Below are positions 1 through 13,954 of a DNA stretch of 64,000 bases, piece by piece; positions within the stretch are counted from its first letter, which is position 1, and each line of letters starts with the position of its first letter. This DNA comes from Syncephalis fuscata S228. Lineage: Eukaryota; Fungi; Zoopagomycota. A program made the translations under genes and the position numbers. The notes under the pieces were generated by a model. It did no database searches and was not told the DNA's origin. It saw only the letters and a program-made list of their open reading frames with translations. Where the stretch lies: contig JAHLTZ010000035.1 of assembly GCA_025786725.1 (NCBI GenBank), forward strand, positions 219,509 through 283,508. Direction: 5' to 3'.

Positions 1-7
1 ATGTCAC

Positions 8-817
8 TCACCAGTCAATAAAATAAAACATATCTGTGTAGGCACCGAATGGTTGGGTTAAAAGAATTACCGCGCAAAAAACGTTACAAGTAACGACCAA
101 AACAACAGCTTGTATACCGTCGCGCGCAAGTCGATTCCACACCTCGGAGCCAAAGATTTTATATTGTTTGTAAACAACTCGAATAAACACTGCACTAAGA
201 AAAGTGTCAATCGGTGTTTTTGCGCCAAAAACAATCCATGCTTTGTAGTGCGGCATATTAACAGTGCAACCAGCATAGGTTTCTATAGTGGCCGGACTTA
301 GAGCCAGGTCAACATAAAGCATGGCCGGAATAGGAAGTGTAAACAACACGCCAACTAATATAAGCCAGCGGCGAGAAGCTACGACATAATACGCTCTTTG
401 CAGCAATATTAAACTAGAACACTCGAATACTACAGCATAAGCAGTTACAGCGTGCCAAATAACATGTCGGCATGCCAGGCCATTTGGAAAAACAAAAGTA
501 ATAGCAAGGATACCATGATTGAATCCAAGTAGCGACATTATTAAGCAGCACCAGCTACTTAAAGCATTGCGCTTTGTTAATACGAGCTTTAAAGACTGAA
601 GAAGGTTTCGACTTGATATAATTATCATGCACACAAGGTACATAAGTTGGAGCTGCACGCCATAAATACGCTCCCGGGCTGAATCAACACTATCTGAGCC
701 CATTAGGTATTCGCCACCGTTGAGTTCTCCTAGCGGATATAAAGGAATGCCTATTAGCCGAGTAGCATTCTGCTTCCAGCTAGTCCCAAGGTCTCTTGCA
801 GGTGGAAAAATAAACAT
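8..817 (-). CDS. Multi-pass (7TM/GPCR-like) membrane protein; 3' end continues beyond the window
   Basis: 269-aa ORF with 6-7 hydrophobic segments, Cys at the top of TM3 (ACRH) and in an ECL2-like loop (YAGC). The reading frame runs into a GTGAGT donor at about position 11, so the gene continues off-window. Confidence 0.7.
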   Translation of the reverse strand: MFIFPPARDLGTSWKQNATRLIGIPLYPLGELNGGEYLMGSDSVDSARERIYGVQLQLMYLVCMIIISSRNLLQSLKLVLTKRNALSSWCCLIMSLLGFNHGILAITFVFPNGLACRHVIWHAVTAYAVVFECSSLILLQRAYYVVASRRWLILVGVLFTLPIPAMLYVDLALSPATIETYAGCTVNMPHYKAWIVFGAKTPIDTFLSAVFIRVVYKQYKIFGSEVWNRLARDGIQAVVLVVTCNVFCAVILLTQPFGAYTDMFYFIDW

Positions 818-1687
818 ATTATTATATAAATAGAAAGAATAAAGTAATAAAACGGTGATAATCCAAATAGTATGGACAAATGAGATTTCAGTAATGAAAC
901 GAATATTACTACAAGCAAATTTACATAAACAGCACTAAGAATTGGATTAGAAGGCAAATTATTTCTTTAATTGCTTATTAATTTATATACAAGAGCAAGC
1001 TAGCCCCAGCATGACCACAAGACTAGAAAGATGAAAAACAAGTTGCTTATTACCTCATTTGTATGTAGCATGATAGTCTAGATCGGCTTTTACAGTTCGG
1101 CGTTGTGTCTTATTTTGCTGTCATGTCGTTAAATTACACTATTTCGACATACAATGGACAAACAAAGCGCTAAAAACAAGTTTAATATTCTTAATTAGTA
1201 AACCCGCAAGGTCGTTTTAATCGGCCATTGCTTTAGCCGAGTCGTTTGCAGTATTCGTCATTGACTTGAACCTCGTGTACATGTCAATAATTACTGCAAT
1301 ATTTAGTAAAGCACCAGAAATTGTGCATCCTAATTGCAATAACTATAATGAAGTAGTCAAAAATGGCAATGGCGCATGGTTGCACGATTATACTAAAACG
1401 TGCTACATAAGCGAAGCACACGCACTTGGACATGATTATAGAATTTACTCGCTGAATATAGATAAAGTATAGAAGTGCTATTCTTATTCGTAAATAAAGC
1501 GTTATAGTGATGATTGTAATGATGATAGCAGCAATAGCAATAAATTGGTTTTTATAACTACCTATGTAAAACGCTCTTAATCTACAAATTGTGTTTGCGA
1601 GCACCTTTATCGACTTTTTCTTTTTATCTCACCTAGTGCGTCATCACAATACCTTCTTATTACCAACACGGCTTTCATTCCGGCACT

Positions 1688-2816
1688 ATGGGTAAGTCAT
1701 GACTTGCCTTTGTTTGCAAATGGCATTTGCTTAGTTTTGTTCCAGTTACTATGGGACCAGCAACAGCTGGCGTACGTCAGCTCTCAAATATACCAACACT
1801 TGTGGCCCTTTATCGTCAAGGACTGCTATCCAGTCCAGCTGAAGGTAACCACAACTGGCTGTCATTCCTATTTAAAAGTAAGCTCATGTACAAGCCTCTG
1901 CCTAATAGATCCTCACTTTCGTCCAGACCGACATTTTTTGGATAAGATAAGCCTTATGTAACTAGCTACGTTATTGCGTTAGTCGTGCTCATTTTTATTG
2001 TGTCAATAATCTAGCCAAGCAGATATCACTACACTTGATGTCGATGCCATTGTCAACGCTGCAAACAATATGTTGATTGGTGGCGGTGGCGTGGATGGCT
2101 GTATCCATCGGTAATTATATTCTACTAATCTTATATTAGTTTAAATAACTTTGAATAGCGCTGCCGGTCCAGGACTTTTGCGCGAATGCAGAACACTGGA
2201 TGGATGTCTAACTGGAGTATGTGGTCTTAGGCATTGTCCACTTTCATGCTAACTTAGCTTTTGCTACTAGGATGCAAAGATTACTGCTGGATATCAGCTA
2301 CCGGCACACCGTAAGTACTAACTGTCTTTATAAAAGCCTATGCAAACAACTTTACTCGTCTGCCTTTACTAGATGTGATTCATACTGTTGGGCCAGTAGG
2401 CGAAGATCCCGAAGCACTGACAAGTTGTTATTTTAAATCTTTGGAGTTAATGAAAAAAGAACAACTGCGTACCATTGCAAGTCTTATAACAGCCGATATT
2501 ATAGATTAATACTAATAATAAACCTACTATAGGCCTTCTCCAGCATATCCACAGGCGTATTCGGATATCCAATTCTTCCTGCTACGCATGTTGCTTTAAA
2601 CACCGTTCGTCAATGGATTCAAGAAACGGGCAATCGAGACCTGGTAAATTATCCATTAGTTACATGGCAAGATATAACCATACACTAACAAACAGCATAA
2701 AGGTGGATCGTATAATATTTTGTGTATTTTCTAGCCGCGACCATAATGTATATCTGGAACAAATACCAAAATATTTTCCTCCTTCGGCAGACATTGAGAT
2801 AGGATCTAATGAATAG
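1688..2816 (+). CDS. Macro domain protein (MacroD-type O-acetyl-ADP-ribose deacetylase / mono-ADP-ribosyl hydrolase), about 8 exons
   Basis: Manual splicing gives [74 protein letters not shown] and VDRIIFCVF, the canonical MacroD motifs. Start is 1688 or 1751. Confidence 0.93.
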
Positions 2817-5800
2817 TAATGCAATTCCTGTTTATAAATATACTGACAACCCAGTAAAGCAAATGTTTAAATGATAATTTATTATGTATTTGGCCCGTTT
2901 ATATTTGTCAATTTTAAAAAAATGATTTAATAATGAAACTTTAAACCTTCTTTGCACAACTAATATAAACATGTGATAAAAATATAGCAATTTAGAAGGG
3001 TAAACAGATTTATATTATTTTTATTTATATTTTCTATAGATTTTTGGTTATATTAATAATTACTGTCTAATAGCGTAGAATAGCTTTATTTAAAAGACTA
3101 CTGCTTTTATTGTCCAGCAACTTTCTTGGGATTCCTAAAAGTAGCTGCAATTTTTGAATGATAACGGCCAATTGCGCTGGACCTATTTAATTTTTAGCGA
3201 TTTCTGAATAAACTCACAATACGCCTCTTAATTCAATGAGTTTTTACTATTTGAAAATCTATAAAATTTTGATTTAGTACGCGATAAATAATTTTGCCAA
3301 TAGATCTGTCGAGTCGTTTGCAATTTTTAAATAAACAATACCAATATCAACTTTGATATTTATAATTTTTATAGTGTTTATCTTTTTACTTTCAGCTTGA
3401 TCCATAAAAGCTGAAATGTCGTGATTGACCATTATTACCATCAGTTCTGCACCTTTGAGTCCTGGGCAACTATAGCATATGTTTAATCAATTAGTATGAT
3501 TTACATTGATAGCCAAATCAGCTACTTTCATTATATATGCAATTATGCGCTGTCAGTTTTTGTAAATAAATGACATCTGCTAATGACTGGCCAGTATTGG
3601 CGGTTAATGATGTTGCACACCTACTTTTAAGCATTTCAGGTACTATTTGAATAAGCAGATTGGCCTTTCAATAGTAAGGCTTATTTTCTAAAAGCCTTTT
3701 AATGTGACAATTTCAACAAAATCATATATAAAACATTTGGTGTTATGCTCAGAATTGAGTGAGATATTGGATGTTGTATTTTTTCTCTGCCAATTGTATC
3801 TGAGCCAGTAAGTTCCTTTTCAGCTTGATACAAAGTTTAGTATTCATATTAGCGGCCGGTCAAACATAATGGCACATTAGCCATACCTCAAATACGTCAA
3901 ATTTGTAAACATTAAATTGCTGTATTTCAAAAGCCATGAGCATTATTCTATTGAATTTGGCAAAACTTAAACGCTTGTTTCCACTGAACCATTCGATAAT
4001 GGTTATCATGATCTGCTGCACTCGCAAAGTTTTAAATATTGTCGATCAGTTGCTTCTTCTATGGAGGATCTAATCGCTTGGCTTAGTAATTGCTATAGCC
4101 ATATAATATAGTAACAGCCTACCATTCAAATTTCCACGAATGGTATTGCTTGTTGATACATTAGCAATCACAGCCATCAATGCAATAATATAAATATTAA
4201 TCAAACACAGTTTAATCACTTTGGATGCCGCAGTCAGCAATTGTTGTAACATTTAAATTGTGATAAATGTAGTGTATGTTGTGTTAACGAATTTAAAAAA
4301 ATTGTGAATTGTTTATGTATCTAAACGCTTGAATCTGTTGGCTGTTTATGCCACACAAGCTATATATTTAAGTGTTGCTGGTGCAGATTGGCAAATAACC
4401 GCATTGTTAAGCTAAAAGTTGTTTGCGATAAATAGACAAAGCTTTTGAAACGTTGGTACATGTTCATTAAAGCATATTATATAATTTAATAAGACCGATC
4501 AATTGCTGTTTAATGAGTCCAATGATGCCAGTACCTATCTCATACGAAACATAATGCTCATGCTGTTGTGAATATGCAAAACAAACAAAAGAATAAAACA
4601 ATAGAATAGATACGCTTACATGTTTGATGCTATGGCTAGTACCGCAATGGATAGGCTAGCACATATCAGCCTTTGAATAAGAGGATTGCAAAGTTATGCT
4701 TAGACTTGCTGCAACGCCCTCAGATTATTGCTTTATTCAAAGCTATACATTGCCAATCATTTATCTGTTTTTTACTGGTCTATCCGCTAACAATATGTAA
4801 TAATCGATTTCCTTGCATTTATCGGGCGATAATCTGTATGTGCATAATAGATCCATACAACAAAACGTTGCGTATATAAATCGGTCTAATGCCAAATGCA
4901 ATTCCACCGTAAACAGCTTTATTGGGCATGCAGGTACTTAGTAAAAGTGCATTTTGTAAAATAGATCAGTATTCATTTTGGGCAAAATTTGAAAAAACCT
5001 GCTAGCTATTTATTATGCCATGCTGGATGGAGCGTTGATAAATGACGCATTGCGGCTAAGCATTACTAGTTACAAACATAAAAAACATCTTACCAATTCT
5101 AGCTGACGTTGCTACTCATTCGATATACATTTTTATTGAAGCAGTTAATAATTCTAATATACAATAGGCTATTAATAGCATTATTGATGTAATGTCAAAA
5201 CACCATGGTATAAGCTAATTTATTGTCGGACGACTGATTAAACCGGACTGATTTGTCAACACGCTAACCAAATAGTATCTAAAAAAATAACGATTTGTTG
5301 GTTGTTAAAAATAGAGGCAGCTGTGTGACCAGTTTTGATTTATCGTTCCGACAATTACACCCAGACAGGCGCCACATTTATTAAAAGATCAAGAAACAAA
5401 GAATAGCCATTTGGGTAATGTGACGTAGAAATAGAAATAACGAGATCACCTGTTAATGGCCTTTGAATATCTCCGGTGTGCTTCAACGGCCTTGTATTAC
5501 CCACCAATAGCTTTTTTTAATAGCAACGCCTTAGAAATATGGCTGGTGTAATTATTGGTCACCTGGTATATGATTACTTGTAGAAGTCCAAAGTGAACCA
5601 AATATGATTCATTGTTAACAAAAAAGTGTATCATATTATCGAGTTACAACATGCTTGGCATAAATTACAACGCAATATTTATGACCTTAAGGTTTACGCC
5701 CAGACACGGAATAAACCACCGTTTTTTGGAGTAAAATTGATCAACGTTGTTATTGTCGCTATAGTGAAGTTATTGTAATATATTTAAGTACCAGGCCAAG

Positions 5801-6013
5801 TTTATGATTAACCGATCGGATTGGGCATAAAAACCTCATTATTGATTGCCGCCAACCCTCCAACATTATTACCGCCTTACATTATACTTAGTTTGTAAGT
5901 GCAGGCAATAGCTAGTTTAAAATAGCTACTTACTTTGCCGCACCTTAATTAATTCCGTGAACAGTTTGTACACGTAGTATTTGATTCAGTCTCTGTTCCA
6001 ATCATCAGCCACG

Positions 6014-6422
6014 ATGACTGTTGTGCGCGTCAGTGAAACGCCAACACAAACTCTATCTGTGCCAGTGTCGGGCATGCCAATGACCGATATGGCTTCCTGG
6101 CGTGTACGGGCAACACACATCAATAGACAAGGTATGCTACAGAATAAGCAGTAGTGTAATATCTAACATGTTTGCATTAACTAGATTCCCGTGCTGGCAC
6201 ATTAGTGATTGCATCGGTGTCGCAATCAACCGCCAGCCAGTTTGATCAGGCAGTGCCAACCGTGATGCTCTGCAACACTATAAACGCGCCAGATGACGAG
6301 CGGGATATTGCTGATATTGTTGGTAGGTACATGAGCCAGCGAGACAAATTTAATCTAACACATTGCATTTCTACCAAATAGTCAACCTAGTTGTGCCCGA
6401 TTTACTCCATGACAAGCTGTAA
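6014..6422 (+). CDS. Small 98-aa hypothetical protein, 3 exons (6014-6131, 6185-6322, 6382-6422)
   Basis: GC-richer island with GTATGC..CTAG and GTAGGT..ATAG introns and CTAAC-type branch points. The spliced frame is open from MTVVRVSETP to VVPDLLHDKL*. Absent from the ORF track. Confidence 0.7.
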
Positions 6423-7613
6423 TTTTAAAAAAACACCACCCAATAGCATTGAACGTCTTTAAAGCTCCCTTTTGTGGGTCAAACATTTTTCTTTAATAAA
6501 ATGGAAGCCGTTGAGATTGCTGATCAATATGTGTACTGTTTTATTGTAGCCTGGCGTTGATTTAAAATCAGCATCAATTAAATAATGGAGCATTGTAAAT
6601 AGAATACATGATAACATTTGACATTTTAAATTGATTAGTATACAAGCACTCGAAACTATAATGTATGTTAAATACTATGAATAGCAATATATTTACATAG
6701 TTGGATGAAAACTAACAGTATAGCACAGTCATGTACATATATAACAATAGCCAGGTAATATACACCATTTATCTATATGGCTTATTGAATATACAATTGA
6801 GCAACTAATGGTTTTATTTTGCATTGCCTTAGGCTTTTAAATAATAAGTGAAACAAATATTAGTTTTAGATTTGTTCAAACGATATTGCTTACTTTATCT
6901 GTTTAATTAAACCAGCAATCTGCGCTGTAGCTGATCATTCTAGAATAAGCATAAAATACCAAATAGTATTGCTAATAAGTTGCTTGTCATTGACAGTTAA
7001 TTTAACTATATGGCTACTGCTATCAATCCGTGTAATAAGATGGCGTTAATTATGTGTGGTATATATGCTTACTAATTATTGCCATTACACATTACCCATT
7101 TCAAACAGGCTGAATGTCGTCGTCGCATCACAATGGCACTCTATGTGACATTGTACAAGATAATGACTAATGCAGATGTATTCAATGTACCGTTTTTATT
7201 TAGAGACAGCCCAAACAATTGTCTGCTAATTTATTTAATACAAAATAACAATTAATTAAATTTTGTTTTATTGCATATATAATATATATACTTTTAATTG
7301 ATTGTTAAAACCAAAAAAATTAATTATTAATATATTTTTAAATCAATATATTATAAAACCGCCATATACTATATTGAATGGCATAATATCCATTGTATTT
7401 CTAGCGTGTAGGTCACTAATATACTCGCATAAAAGATAACATTTTATGAATGTAAAATACAGAATGGCTAAATATAACAACTGATATACTCATGCATGAT
7501 GTTAGTTTTCTATATTTATTAAGCCAACTACTATTTTTAGCAATCTATTAATAATTTTGTTAATTTATTTAAAAAATTTTGCCTTATTTATGTTAATGTA
7601 CTAAAACATTCAA

Positions 7614-7686
7614 GCCCGGTTAGCTCAATCGGTAGAGCGTGAGACTCTTAATCTCAAGGTTGCGGGTTCGACCCCCGCATTGGGCT
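7614..7686 (+). tRNA. tRNA-Lys (anticodon CTT), intronless
   Basis: Cloverleaf: GCCCGGT/ATTGGGC acceptor, GCTC/GAGC D stem, TGAGA-CTCTTAA-TCTCA anticodon arm, GCGGG-TTCGACC-CCCGC T arm; T-run just downstream. Confidence 0.97.
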
Positions 7687-8812
7687 ATACCTTTTGCCAG
7701 TCCAAGCATTGGTAACAACTGCCATATGCTGTTACTGCTCTTTTTTTGTTTTTACTACATCTGTGCTATATTTTTGCTTATTTTGACACTGAATGTAGCG
7801 ATGATATTTTTATTAACTACATTTAAAGTAACTGAATAAATTTAAATGCTATTTAAACAGCTATACTATTAGTAGCTTATTGTGGATAAGTTACAGTTTC
7901 AATAATAAAACCATTGTTAGTTAATTAGTGCTAAATTTGTAGTATATATAATGCAACAAATGGAATAAATAAAGTAAATTAAAGTAAATAGAATGTGTCT
8001 AGTATATTATAAAGTGATATATGATAGCGTAAGTATACAATAGGAATGATATAGGTAAATAAATGATATATATGCATATTGGATAATAAATCTACAGTAA
8101 TGATCAGTTTGATGACTGATATCATTCACCACCTAATTTGATGTTCAATAGAAATAATGCCAGTTTAAATTACGCGGATATTATTAAATGTGCTTAATTG
8201 ACCACCAAATTATATTAAATGACAATAGATTTAAGAATAGTATAATAGTTTTAGTATGAATAAGATATTTAACTAAATAAAACACTGATATTACTGTAAA
8301 ATGAATAGTGCAAATGTAATTGCATTAAATGTAACTAATTGTATTACTTTAGTATTCGTAAAAAAACGTTATATTTAATTAATTAATAAAAACGATATGC
8401 AAGTTTTAATACAATTCAAGTTTATTGAATAATTTATTACATGTCTTTCTAAATTTCTTTATAATATCATATTATTTCAATAAGTCAGAATATGGTGAAG
8501 TTTAGAAAAAAGCAATACTTATAGCTGTATATACTGTTAAAACTACTACGAAAACTTTGTACTAAAATCTTGACCATTTTGGGCATGTAAAAGGCTTGCA
8601 CGCCTTTGAATAGAGCCAAATCTGATGCAATAGATTTCTAATATATTGGGAAACATTGCATGTATTTTCAGCATTACGTATTTAAAATAGGTTATACCTT
8701 TGGCATTTTTTAAATAAAAGCCGTTAAAAATAAGCTATTTTATTCATTATCAACCGCATAGCATTCTTTCAACTCATCAGTAACTTTTTCAGCATATCTA
8801 CAACTTATCAGC

Positions 8813-9163
8813 ATGAAGACTTCATACGCTGCTATCTCCACTTTTGTGGTCGCTTTTATGGCCGGCGCTGTCATAGTCCATGCCAGGCCTATGCCAATGC
8901 CTGCAACATCATTCAGCACTAACAATATCCGCAATGTAGAAAATGCTAGCAGAGATATCGGCAACCAGGCCAATCAGATTGTGCGTGAAATCAACACTTT
9001 AAAAAGTGCTGGTATCAGCCAAATTTCAAGCGCTATCAGTCGACTTGAACAAAGTATCAATCAAGTACGGCAGGAGACAAATATTATTACTTCCACTCTT
9101 AATAGCATAGCACAAAGCAATCAAAACTCAGAATCACAAAACTCAAATCGGTGGGGTCATTAA
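8813..9163 (+). CDS. Small secreted coiled-coil protein (candidate effector)
   Basis: 116-aa single-exon ORF with signal peptide (MKTSYAAISTFVVAFMAGAVIVHA/RP) and an amphipathic, N/Q/S/I-rich, Cys-free helical body. Confidence 0.75.
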   Translation: MKTSYAAISTFVVAFMAGAVIVHARPMPMPATSFSTNNIRNVENASRDIGNQANQIVREINTLKSAGISQISSAISRLEQSINQVRQETNIITSTLNSIAQSNQNSESQNSNRWGH

Positions 9164-10028
9164 AAGCAATACAAAGTCACAAAGTGTATGAAATTGAAGC
9201 CAGTATTGCAATACAAATATTATCTGTTCATTCAATTGATGCAACGCTACCAGTAACCTGATAGTCAGTCTAGTCGCATCTATCAATAATCATTATTCCT
9301 AGCCTGGCTTAAATTATTGAGCTCTGTAATCATGATATAAATAAACAAATGCTACTTTAGCTGCTAACTAAACTTAGCCTTTTCTTATTAATGTTGGCTT
9401 TTACATTTTTAAATCATTACTATGATAAGCATCGTATCAGCAAACCATTATTGTAAAAAGCTCATAAAACTTTTACTAGTGCAGGATTGTGGAATCGTGG
9501 CTTGGCTGCTGCTTTAAATTTTAAGCATACTCTTAATATTTTACGATTGAGTGGTATTATACCGGATCAGTTTTGAAAAAGCTAATTTACCTGAGGTTTA
9601 TCAATTTTAAACAATATAATAATAATAGTAATTCTTTTTCAATAACCGTTACTAATTTCCAACTAATACTTGTAAACATCTTACAATATTTTTATTTATT
9701 CTACTTTTACACATTCAAGTAACTGAAACAGCATTGCCGTGTCTATTGGCTGCATAGATGTAGTTTAAGGCTACTTTGCTACATCTCAGCTATTAGTTAG
9801 ATTACTGTAGAGTTGGATATACAACTTATTAATGGCTATTGAACGTCGGCTACAAATTAGTCATAGCCAAGGCGAGATATGGCTGCTTTATAAATTGCTT
9901 TGATTTGATTATTAATACACTATTTATTTAATTAATATAATAGCAAACACTATCGTCTAGTCAAATTAGTTTTCTGTACAATCAAATTTTATTTACTATC
10001 TAGCTATTATTAGTTGGTTATTACAACT

Positions 10029-11042
10029 ATGTCGGAATTTATGAAAGCTATATTGGTCGAGCGCTATGGCGGCCCAGAAGTCATGGAGTACACTACGAAG
10101 GCTCCACGCCCCATAGCTGGTACAGGACAAATTCTGGTGCGCAATCATACAATAGGCATCAACTATCTCGACACTTATTTTCGTACAGGACTCTACCCGA
10201 CTCCATTACCTTTTGTGCCGGGCCATGAAGGTGCCGGTGTTGTAGTTGCCGTGGGTGAAGGTGTTACGGCTTTTCACGTCGGTGATCGCGTTGCCTATAC
10301 CGATAAAGCTTCCTACGCCGAATACACAGCCGTATCTGATGGTCGGGCCATTCGTCTACCCGATAACATATCGTGGAAGACGGCCGCCGGCATTCTACAT
10401 CAGGGACTAACGGCATGGGCCATGGTTACTTTATCTTATTCAGTTCAAGCTGGAGACTGGGTGCTTATTCATGCTGCAGCCGGTGGTATGGGTCGCTGGC
10501 TTACTCGACTGTGCAAACGCGTTGGTGCTCATGTTATTGGCACGGTCTCAACGGAAGAGAAGGCTGCGATAGCCCGCGGTGATGGTGCTGACATTGTGTT
10601 GAACTATTCGACACAGCCAGGTGAAGCAGACGAGGCTGCCGTTGATGCGCGTCTACTTAATGATATTATGGCTGCCACCAACGGCCAAGGTGTCCACGCA
10701 GCACTTGATGGTGTTGGTAAACGCACTTTTGACCTTAGTTTGAATAGTTTGCGTCGTTTGGGCACTTTAGTGTCATTTGGCAATGCCAGTGGACCAGTGC
10801 CACCTGTCGATGTACTTCGACTGGCCAAAGGCAATTACAAATTGATGCGCACAGCTTTTATGCATTATATTACAACCAAAGAGGAGTTTGCCGCTCTAGC
10901 CACACCTCTTATTGCCGCTGTTGCTAACAATGAACTAGAAGTACCCATTTGTGCCGAATTTCCTTTGGAAAAAACCAAAGAGTCACACAGCTTTCTTGAA
11001 AGTCGTAAAACAACTGGTAAAATTATCGTCAATGTTGATTAA
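10029..11042 (+). CDS. NADPH:quinone oxidoreductase (zeta-crystallin/Qor/Zta1-like MDR family), intronless
   Basis: GINYLDTYFRTGLYP, PGHEGAG, VGDRVA, HAAAGGMG, FGNASG and RKTTGKII motifs. Confidence 0.93.
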   Translation: MSEFMKAILVERYGGPEVMEYTTKAPRPIAGTGQILVRNHTIGINYLDTYFRTGLYPTPLPFVPGHEGAGVVVAVGEGVTAFHVGDRVAYTDKASYAEYTAVSDGRAIRLPDNISWKTAAGILHQGLTAWAMVTLSYSVQAGDWVLIHAAAGGMGRWLTRLCKRVGAHVIGTVSTEEKAAIARGDGADIVLNYSTQPGEADEAAVDARLLNDIMAATNGQGVHAALDGVGKRTFDLSLNSLRRLGTLVSFGNASGPVPPVDVLRLAKGNYKLMRTAFMHYITTKEEFAALATPLIAAVANNELEVPICAEFPLEKTKESHSFLESRKTTGKIIVNVD

Positions 11043-11255
11043 TATAAATCATTACTTTTATTCTTTTAGTAATAAACAAATAAATACAATATCATTTTTT
11101 AATAGCTTTGTAGCCAATAAATCTAATTTATTAATTCATTTTAATAAATTGCTAGCTACATGATGTGATAGAATGCCATTAATACACACTCGAATTAACT
11201 GCAAATCAATTTATTATGTATGTATTGCTATTGTTGTTTCTTCTTCTTCTTACGA

Positions 11256-12378
11256 CTAACCTTCCATCGCCATCGTATAATCATAGTCGATTGTAGGTAG
11301 GATAGCTGATAAAAACTTAAGGAAAATAATCATATAGTAATCGACACGCAGCTCAACACCGCTAGCCCCCGTACGTTCGATAATACGGCGCATTACTTCG
11401 GCGTGTTTACACGGATGAACAGACGCCAGCGAAATGTCCATATGTGGATGCGGATCAATGGTAACCGTTTTACGTGCATGTTCTTGTGAAATATCCTCAA
11501 AGATTTGCGTTGCTGTAAGTGGTCGTCGATGTTCATCGTAGCCAAACAGCCAAACACGTGGTGTCTGGTAGTACTTGTCATAAGTAATACTAAGATCATA
11601 GGTACGTGTACGTAAAATGTTATCTTCATCAATATCGCCTTGCTGTAACGCAGCTGGATCTTCATCTTCTTCAATGGCACAATCATCAAAATCATCCTCG
11701 GCCTCTTCGGCCAATTTAACATCTTTAAATGCCGATGCTAGCCTCTCTTCCTCCTCTTCCTCTTCTTCATCGCCAATATCGCGAATCTCTCTAGTGACGG
11801 CTGCTGTCTCACCGCCAGCATCTCCACCACCAGACGATTGACCGGTGGTATCTTGGTTTGTATGGGTGGCTAGCCAGCCTTCTCCTTCTCCTTCTTCTTC
11901 ATCGCCATTCTCCGCCATAATAGCAAAAACTTCCTTTTCATCTTCGCCTGTATATTCCATATCCTTGGCCCGCTTCACACAAGGTACTAAATAACAAGCG
12001 TGTTAATTGTGCATATGGCCATTCATTTTATCTGTACCATTTCGTGTAATCAAAAACTGTTTATCTGCCGGCAAATAATCTCGTCTTTTCGACGTTAAAC
12101 CTGATGACCTGTCATAAAGTGAATATATGCATAAGTAATGAATAGCAAAGCTATGCTGTTTAACTTACCACTGCCAAGTTGGACATTTATAAACTAGAAA
12201 ATCACCAGCTGCTACAAACTGTCGTCGTAACCATCAAATACTCATTAGTGCTGTATACCATCACAATCTATCTACTTACTTCCTCGGGAGTAAGTACACC
12301 AGTCTCTCGAAACTTTGATTCCTTCAGAACGGGATTCAAGTACTCTCGTACACTATGAAACAGATTCTGAACGTTCAT
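11256..12378 (-). CDS. ATG3: Autophagy E2-like conjugating enzyme Atg3, 4 exons
   Basis: Spliced: [65 protein letters not shown], catalytic HPCKHA, and PTIDYDYT. Confidence 0.97.
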
Positions 12379-13094
12379 GTTGATTGACTAGTCGGAAGAA
12401 TGGCTTTAGCCTAAAAACAAAAGTTTGCTAGAAACAAGATGACCAATCGGCTTATGAGCAGTAATAATGGTAGGGATAGTGTTGAACCGTATAGGTACAA
12501 AGGGCGCGCAGTATACTAAGCGTAGAAAAGTAGAAATGAAAGAGGCAAAGAAGCGGCTGAAAGAAGGTGTGAGCGGATAGTAAAAGGGACTGTTGTCGTC
12601 GAGGCAGTATCGCTGAGTCACTTACACTACGCATGCATCTCCATCCATCTTAGTGTACAGCATTAGTGCGAGGATTTTGTTACTGCTAGTATTAACATTT
12701 TATTTACTTATTTATCATTATTATTAATAACTAAATCATTACTACTACTAATGAACAATGTATATATGTGTAAATGTATTTGTATGACTACCATCTTATT
12801 TACAAACATAATGGCCAATAACGTCATCTATATGTACTCAATCTAGATTTGGACACAACTGTACCAAACCAGATTGAACCAACCACCACCACCACCACAG
12901 ATGATAAGTAATTAAACGTCTAGCGTGTCTATCTTCGGTATAGATCGTCTTTCCTTACACACGTACGATTGCCGATTCCTAATTGTTGTTGTTATCGCTA
13001 CGCTTTTTGTTTATCTTGTTTAATAGCAGGGAATCTCATAAAGACGTTGTCTGACAGTGCAAGAACGATTAATACCGCTACTTATCCCAACACG

Positions 13095-13923
13095 ATGTCG
13101 GCGGTCATCTCGACCGACATTGATTACCAAGGTCCATTCTTGGATGCTACTGCGGTAGCTGCAATGGATCTAGGCGATGAGAAGCAACGTGAGCAATTAC
13201 AAAACTTTATTGCTCACAAACTGTCCAAGGGCGAAGAATCGTGTATATTTGAAGTGGTTCAGGCGGTGATCGCGATTGATCGTCATCAAGGCGTTAATGG
13301 AATGACAATGGCCCTTGTACTAGATCGCGTACGACGTAGTCTTTCAGAGGCTTATTCAACAGCTCAAGCCAATCTAACGCTGATGCAATCGCTTAATAGT
13401 AGTAATAACCACCATTACAACGATAGTAGTAACGATCCATTAGCAAAACGATGCAACTACCGCCATTACCCAATCTTGAGTCGCTGTTAATCGATGCCAT
13501 TTGGGTGGCTGATGCCGAGATTGACGAGTTTGAGTCTGACGATGAGATTAAAAAGAAACGATGGGCTTGTCTAGTTCAGTTAATTACTATGCTTAAAGGA
13601 CAGGGTCTATTAACTGAACCAATGATGCAAGAGCGATTTAGTATCGATTTATTGAATCGAGCATTACCACGATTCCCGGCCAAAGCCTTTGAAACCGAAT
13701 GTATTCGACGTCGAACTAAAATGATCTACAAGCAACAGAAATTCAATTTATTACGTGAAGAGTCTGAAGGATATGCCAAATTAATGACTGAATTGATGCG
13801 TGATATGCCAAAGAATGGCTCACCAACAGTTTACTTGAACAACATGCAACAGAAACACTTCTTCGAGTACAATCATTAATTGGTATGTAATTAAATTAAT
13901 ATTTATATTTATTGGAGTCATTA

Positions 13924-13954
<31 letters not shown>

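Noticed and set aside
3100-5300. Possible degenerate minus-strand gene relic (for example an exon-like CPGLKGAELMV..KLFIAY)
   Set aside because: Frequent stops and no recognisable motif; cannot be supported.
7639-7839. 66-aa ORF overlapping the tRNA
   Set aside because: Spurious translation of the tRNA-Lys sequence.
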